This document shows, one piece after another, positions 60,109 through 64,000 of a DNA stretch of 64,000 nt. Both the position numbers and the translations under genes were made by a program. Origin of the DNA: Chitinophagaceae bacterium (GTDB lineage Bacteria > Bacteroidota > Bacteroidia > Chitinophagales > Chitinophagaceae); contig JAULVY010000089.1 in the NCBI GenBank assembly GCA_032110825.1, positions 140 through 64,139 of the forward strand, in the 5' to 3' direction. The notes beneath the pieces were generated by a model. The model did no database searches. It was not told the origin of the DNA and worked only from the letters and a program-made list of their open reading frames with translations. The stretch's first letter is position 1. Each line of letters begins with the position of its first letter.

Positions 60109-60477
60109 TTAAGAAGGATTAATTCTTCTTCGGGTGTAAATGGTTTCACGGTTTCGTATGGCTCGGTTATTTGCAGAGTCGGCCAACTCTTTAAATTTTG
60201 ATGGATTTTTTCTGTAATAATTGTAACTGGAAGTGAACTGCTTAGAATCCACTTTATGTATTTTAAGTACAATATCCATTTCACGCTGAAGCAATGAGTC
60301 TTTTTTGGCAAGGGAATCTTTCAGCTGATAGGACTCAACATATCCTTCGGCGAGAGCAACATCGAAAAGAATATCTGCCATTTTATTTTGATCAATTGCA
60401 GGAGTGGCCGAATCAGTTGAACACGAAAGCATGATAAAGCTTACCCCTATAAAAGAAAAAATAAATTTATATTTCAT
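60109..60477 (-). CDS. DUF4296-family lipoprotein
   Basis: Lipobox MLSC, KMADILFDVALAE and QFTSSYNYY. Confidence 0.75.
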   Translation of the reverse strand: MKYKFIFSFIGVSFIMLSCSTDSATPAIDQNKMADILFDVALAEGYVESYQLKDSLAKKDSLLQREMDIVLKIHKVDSKQFTSSYNYYRKNPSKFKELADSANNRAIRNRETIYTRRRINPS

Positions 60478-61403
60478 TTCAGTTCTTGCCTGTATTTATT
60501 TGCATTGCTGATGTCTATTTTACTGCAGAGGTCGATTACCCGTGCTTTATCCTGTACGTTTGCTTTCTTGAATACACGTATGATTTCATCTGATTTTCCT
60601 TGAAAGAAAAACGGAAGTACCATAAGGTTGGGAGTTTCCGAGTTGAGTGTGTTCATCATGTTGAGCGAGTTCAATACTTGCTCTCGAGCATCACCTTCGT
60701 TTTCAGTTAACTTATCCATACCTTGTCTGTAGTAGGTATACACAGCATCGTGAACCAGTGCATACCGACTGTTTTGCATATTTTCGGAAAGCCAATACCG
60801 GTTGCGTTGCCCATCAAAAGGTTTCCATCCAGATATATTTCTTCCTTCAGGAGATGTGTTCACAATAAGATTTGCTTTTTGAAAATACGAATCTCCTCCC
60901 CTCGGAGAAAAAGAATCGTAATCCAGTCCCATGATGATGTTTACGTAATAAGCAAACAATGCCGAGAGATTAGCTGCCAAAGGCTCAGTACCCGCAACTC
61001 TGTTTTCATTGAACTCGATGGGCTGAAATTCTACGTATCGAAAAACGACATCGTTGTCAATAAAGTTGATTAGAGGGGAAATATAATTTGTATTGTAAAC
61101 GGGCCTTGCGGCTTGTACCGTAAGGGTTCCTTTGTAAACATTTGGCTCTACAACGGATTGGAGATTGAGTAAAAAGCTACATTCAATTTTTTCATTGGGC
61201 TCAAAAACATCGCTTGTCCATTTTCTTTTGTTCAAAAAATTGACAAGTGAAGTCTGCAGTGTTTGAAATACTTTTCGATCGACGGTAGTGCCAATCTGTG
61301 CATAGACAACATTAACTTTTGCATTGAGTTCTTGTGCCTTTACTGAAGATAAAAACTCGGCTAAAATAAGAATACCTATGAATAGAAAGTTTCTCAGATT
61401 CAT
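60474..61403 (-). CDS. DUF4835-family protein (T9SS PorD-like)
   Basis: AQELNAKV, FLNKRKWT, GLDYDSFSPRGG and NRYWL motifs. Confidence 0.75.
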   Translation of the reverse strand: MNLRNFLFIGILILAEFLSSVKAQELNAKVNVVYAQIGTTVDRKVFQTLQTSLVNFLNKRKWTSDVFEPNEKIECSFLLNLQSVVEPNVYKGTLTVQAARPVYNTNYISPLINFIDNDVVFRYVEFQPIEFNENRVAGTEPLAANLSALFAYYVNIIMGLDYDSFSPRGGDSYFQKANLIVNTSPEGRNISGWKPFDGQRNRYWLSENMQNSRYALVHDAVYTYYRQGMDKLTENEGDAREQVLNSLNMMNTLNSETPNLMVLPFFFQGKSDEIIRVFKKANVQDKARVIDLCSKIDISNANKYRQELK

Positions 61404-61495
61404 ACAACTAAGTTAACTATAAATTTTACGTTGTAGGTTTGGCAAAAAAAAAGCGATGCATGCGCATCGCCTTGTATGGAATAATGTGAATGAAA

Positions 61496-61837
61496 CTAGC
61501 GAAAAAGGTCCTCTTCGTTTTTACGGAAATAGATTTTGTCTTCCATAAACTCTTGGGTTGCCAAAAGAGCCGGATTTGGCATTTTCTCGTAAGCCTTTGA
61601 AATTTCAATTTGCTCTTTGTTTTCGTGAATTTCTTCTAAGCTATCGGTATGGCTTGCAAACTCTTCAAGCTTATTATGAAGTTCTTCCTTGATAGCAATA
61701 TTGATTTGAGATGCTCTTTTACCGATGATAGAGATAGATTGATAAAGATTACCGGTTTTAGCCTTGATTTCATTCAAATCCTTGGTTTCTGCCACGTTGG
61801 TAAGGCTATTTCCCAGTTGTCTGCGTAGTCTGCTCAT
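61496..61837 (-). CDS. rpoZ: RNA polymerase omega subunit
   Basis: GNLYQSISIIGKRASQI and ENKEQIEISKAYEKMPNP (Bacteroidota type); follows bamD. Confidence 0.88.
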   Translation of the reverse strand: MSRLRRQLGNSLTNVAETKDLNEIKAKTGNLYQSISIIGKRASQINIAIKEELHNKLEEFASHTDSLEEIHENKEQIEISKAYEKMPNPALLATQEFMEDKIYFRKNEEDLFR

Positions 61838-62630
61838 TTTTTAATGTATTGATGTTGTTCTTTGACAAAGTTAAGTAACGTTCTGCTTCTTTGAGCAAAT
61901 TACTTTCAGGGAATCGATCCTGAAAATCTTCAACTTCTTGAATTACTTTGGTATAACGCTCCTCCTGTTTTTCAGTAACACTCATGGTTGCATAACGGTA
62001 GTATGCCTTGATTGCCATGAGTTTATACTCATCGCTTTTGGGAGAATCGGGGTAATTATTGATGAGGGTAGTATACGCTAATGCCGCTGCCCTGAACTGG
62101 CCTACATTGAAGTACAATTGAGCAGAAAGATACTCTTTCACTTCTAGCTTAGCCTGACAGGTTGTAATAATTTGCTCGGCCTCTTTGGATCTAGGGGATT
62201 CTGGGTGCGTATTCATGAATACCTGAAACATTCCAATTGCCTTTTGGGTATTGGACTGCTCAAGTTCGGGTTTTGGGGATTGTTTATAAAAGCAATAGGC
62301 TTGAATATATTCTACTTCTTCTGCACGGTTGCTGTTCGCAAAAATCTCCAAATATCCTTTGAAAAGGTTTTCAGCCGTTAAGTAATCTTTTAGATTGTAA
62401 TGCGAATAGGCGAATTTGTAATAGAGGTCTTCGTGTTGAGCCGTGCCTTTGAATACAGGAAAAAGCTCTTCGTAGAGAACCTGTGACTGCCGGTACTGCT
62501 TTTTTTCAAAGTAGGTATTGGCCATTTTGAGCTTATACTCATAGTCTTTGCTTTTCAGCACTTTCCCGAATTTGGAACAGCTAGCTAAGAGCATTAGAGA
62601 CAGTAAACAAAGTGCTAATGGGGACTTCAT
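61806..62630 (-). CDS. bamD: Outer membrane protein assembly factor BamD
   Basis: Lipobox LASC, TPR repeats, and AQLYFNVGQFRAA; TAACTTTG box at 62641-62648. Confidence 0.92.
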   Translation of the reverse strand: MKSPLALCLLSLMLLASCSKFGKVLKSKDYEYKLKMANTYFEKKQYRQSQVLYEELFPVFKGTAQHEDLYYKFAYSHYNLKDYLTAENLFKGYLEIFANSNRAEEVEYIQAYCFYKQSPKPELEQSNTQKAIGMFQVFMNTHPESPRSKEAEQIITTCQAKLEVKEYLSAQLYFNVGQFRAAALAYTTLINNYPDSPKSDEYKLMAIKAYYRYATMSVTEKQEERYTKVIQEVEDFQDRFPESNLLKEAERYLTLSKNNINTLKNEQTTQTTGK

Positions 62631-62708
62631 AATTGGTCGGCAAAGTTAAGCTTTTGCAGCAAATGTGAAGATAATAAGCTGCGTCTATGAGATCGGTTAA
62701 ACAAGTCA

Positions 62709-62740
62709 TAAAAAATGCCCTTCGGAGTTCCGAAGGGCAT
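62709..62740 (-). terminator. Terminator after the OmpA-domain gene
   Basis: ATGCCCTTCGG-AACT-CCGAAGGGCAT followed by TTTTT on the - strand. Confidence 0.88.
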
Positions 62741-62763
62741 ATGTATGAAACAACTTGAAGTGT

Positions 62764-63540
62764 TTATTTCTTAGAGCGAAGGTTTGGGTGAGGAGCAGGC
62801 ACGTTATTGGGTGCATCAATCACTTCTCCTGTAGCACTGAAATCAACTGTATTTACATCTCCGTCTGCTTGGCCATATTTATTGATCAAGCGATCAGCAG
62901 CGATACCCTGCTTCTCGGTGAGGTAAGAAATAACAGCATTTACACGATCCCAGCTCAACTGTTGGCTTGCTTTTGAAGCTTCAGCATATCCTGTTATGAA
63001 CATCTTACATGCAGGGTTATTCTTCAGACGATCTGAAGTTGCTGCCAATAGTCCTTCTGCTTCCTTAGAAAGTTTTGCAGAACCCTTAGCAAATGACACG
63101 CTAGGAACATTTCCCATTTGGCAAATAGGTGCAGCTGGAGGTGCTATGTTTTTGCAGCACTCGGGTTCTGGACATTTACCAACACCATTTGCATCTACTG
63201 GTTGGCACTCTGTTGGAGTAATCAATTGCTTGTCCTTGTAATCAGGAACACCATCACCATCGGTATCTCTGCTAACACCACGTGTGTCTACTGGGGCACC
63301 AGCTGGGGTATTGGGTTCTAGATCAAATTGATCGGTAACGCCATCTCCATCGGTATCATCCAAAACAACTTTTGGCATTTTCATTCTTTTGGGCGAGTTC
63401 AATTCACCGTATGAGAATTCCAATGGATTTTTCCAATATAAAGGCTCTACTGATTTAGTCTTTTTTTGTGCGAAGGTGTCTATTCCGGCGAAGAGAAATG
63501 CTCCCAGGAAAAGAACCGTAATTAATTTATTCAGCTTCAT
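62764..63540 (-). CDS. Secreted protein with TSP3-like Ca-binding repeats and OmpA-like peptidoglycan-binding domain (no beta-barrel)
   Basis: Signal peptide ending TFA-Q; DTDGDGV repeats; C-terminal ITGYA...LSWDRVNAVISYL OmpA-like domain. Confidence 0.85.
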   Translation of the reverse strand: MKLNKLITVLFLGAFLFAGIDTFAQKKTKSVEPLYWKNPLEFSYGELNSPKRMKMPKVVLDDTDGDGVTDQFDLEPNTPAGAPVDTRGVSRDTDGDGVPDYKDKQLITPTECQPVDANGVGKCPEPECCKNIAPPAAPICQMGNVPSVSFAKGSAKLSKEAEGLLAATSDRLKNNPACKMFITGYAEASKASQQLSWDRVNAVISYLTEKQGIAADRLINKYGQADGDVNTVDFSATGEVIDAPNNVPAPHPNLRSKK

Positions 63541-63571
63541 ATTTCAAAGATTTGATTGAATTAAAAATGAA

Positions 63572-64000
63572 TTAGAAAATATTGATGTTCAATCCTACAG
63601 AAAGGAAGTTGAAAGTATCGTAGTGGCCTGTTTGAACAGCGTCTCCGATAGGAGCAGCAGCCCAACGTTGACCATCCAGAAGATCGTCTTTAACAAAAGT
63701 CACTCTATTTTCGAATGCAAGATTCACTTTCTTTGAAATCTTGAATGCTGCACCCATTCCAAAAGTTGCAGAAACTCTGGCATTCTGACCTAAGAACTTT
63801 GTAGTATAGGTAGAATTCATATCACCTGGTGTCTCATACGTTCCATCCAACAAAGCTTTGATTTGATCCTTTGTTTCTGTTCTTGTTTTCCAAGTACCAT
63901 TGGCTATACTGTTGAAATTATAACGAGCACCTGAAGCATTCTTTGCATCAATGTTCGTTTCATATAAAGTCATACCAATACCAATGATGCTATAAAGCCC
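63572..64000 (-). CDS. Outer-membrane beta-barrel, C-terminal part (partial, runs off right edge)
   Basis: Amphipathic strands (FGMGAAFKISKKVNLAFENRVTF, DDLLDG, FLSVGLNINIF) ending in Phe; the frame continues upstream of the track's Met at 63973. Confidence 0.75.
   Translation of the reverse strand, partial: GLYSIIGIGMTLYETNIDAKNASGARYNFNSIANGTWKTRTETKDQIKALLDGTYETPGDMNSTYTTKFLGQNARVSATFGMGAAFKISKKVNLAFENRVTFVKDDLLDGQRWAAAPIGDAVQTGHYDTFNFLSVGLNINIF

Noticed and set aside
61806-61837. 32-nt bamD/rpoZ overlap as a frameshift
   Set aside because: Both ORFs are full-length with expected motifs; simple translational coupling explains it.

Overview
AT-rich Bacteroidota chromosome segment, most like Chitinophagaceae (gene content, recurring TAnnTTTG -7 promoter boxes; taxonomy is my inference). 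It is mostly housekeeping: accA, dapA, a phosphate-uptake trio (porin, DUF47, PiT), the rpsU-xerC-hpf-tRNA-tuf-secE-nusG-rplKAJL-rpoB region, tyrS, a nucleotide-sugar operon, ccmBCD, gdhA, queA, lysC, ssb, bamD and rpoZ, plus seven tRNAs. The main discovery is a complete lasso-peptide (RiPP) biosynthetic cluster at about 25.1-31.8 kb. It has an HPr-kinase-like kinase, a PqqD/RRE, a transglutaminase-like leader peptidase, an Asn-synthetase-like cyclase, an ABC exporter and a nucleotidyltransferase. I found its 43-aa precursor by hand at 25239..25108 (-), below the ORF-track cutoff: MSKLQWQKPTILDIVPVSKTE-KGSAQCETLGEPSSGAGDEACS. The predicted core has two Cys (possible class III ring-tail disulfide), a Lys1-Glu7 ring and a C-terminal Ser, the residue phosphorylated in paeninodin/pseudomycoidin-type clusters. 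Secondary oddities are an apparently split OmpA whose periplasmic half has its own signal peptide, rpoB isolated from rpoC, a histone-H1-like repeat protein inserted between nusG and rplK, a PiT transporter with an insertion of about 235 aa, an in-frame stop in the porin signal peptide, and cmoA coupled to a membrane methyltransferase. All family assignments come from motif recognition by eye; no database searches were run.
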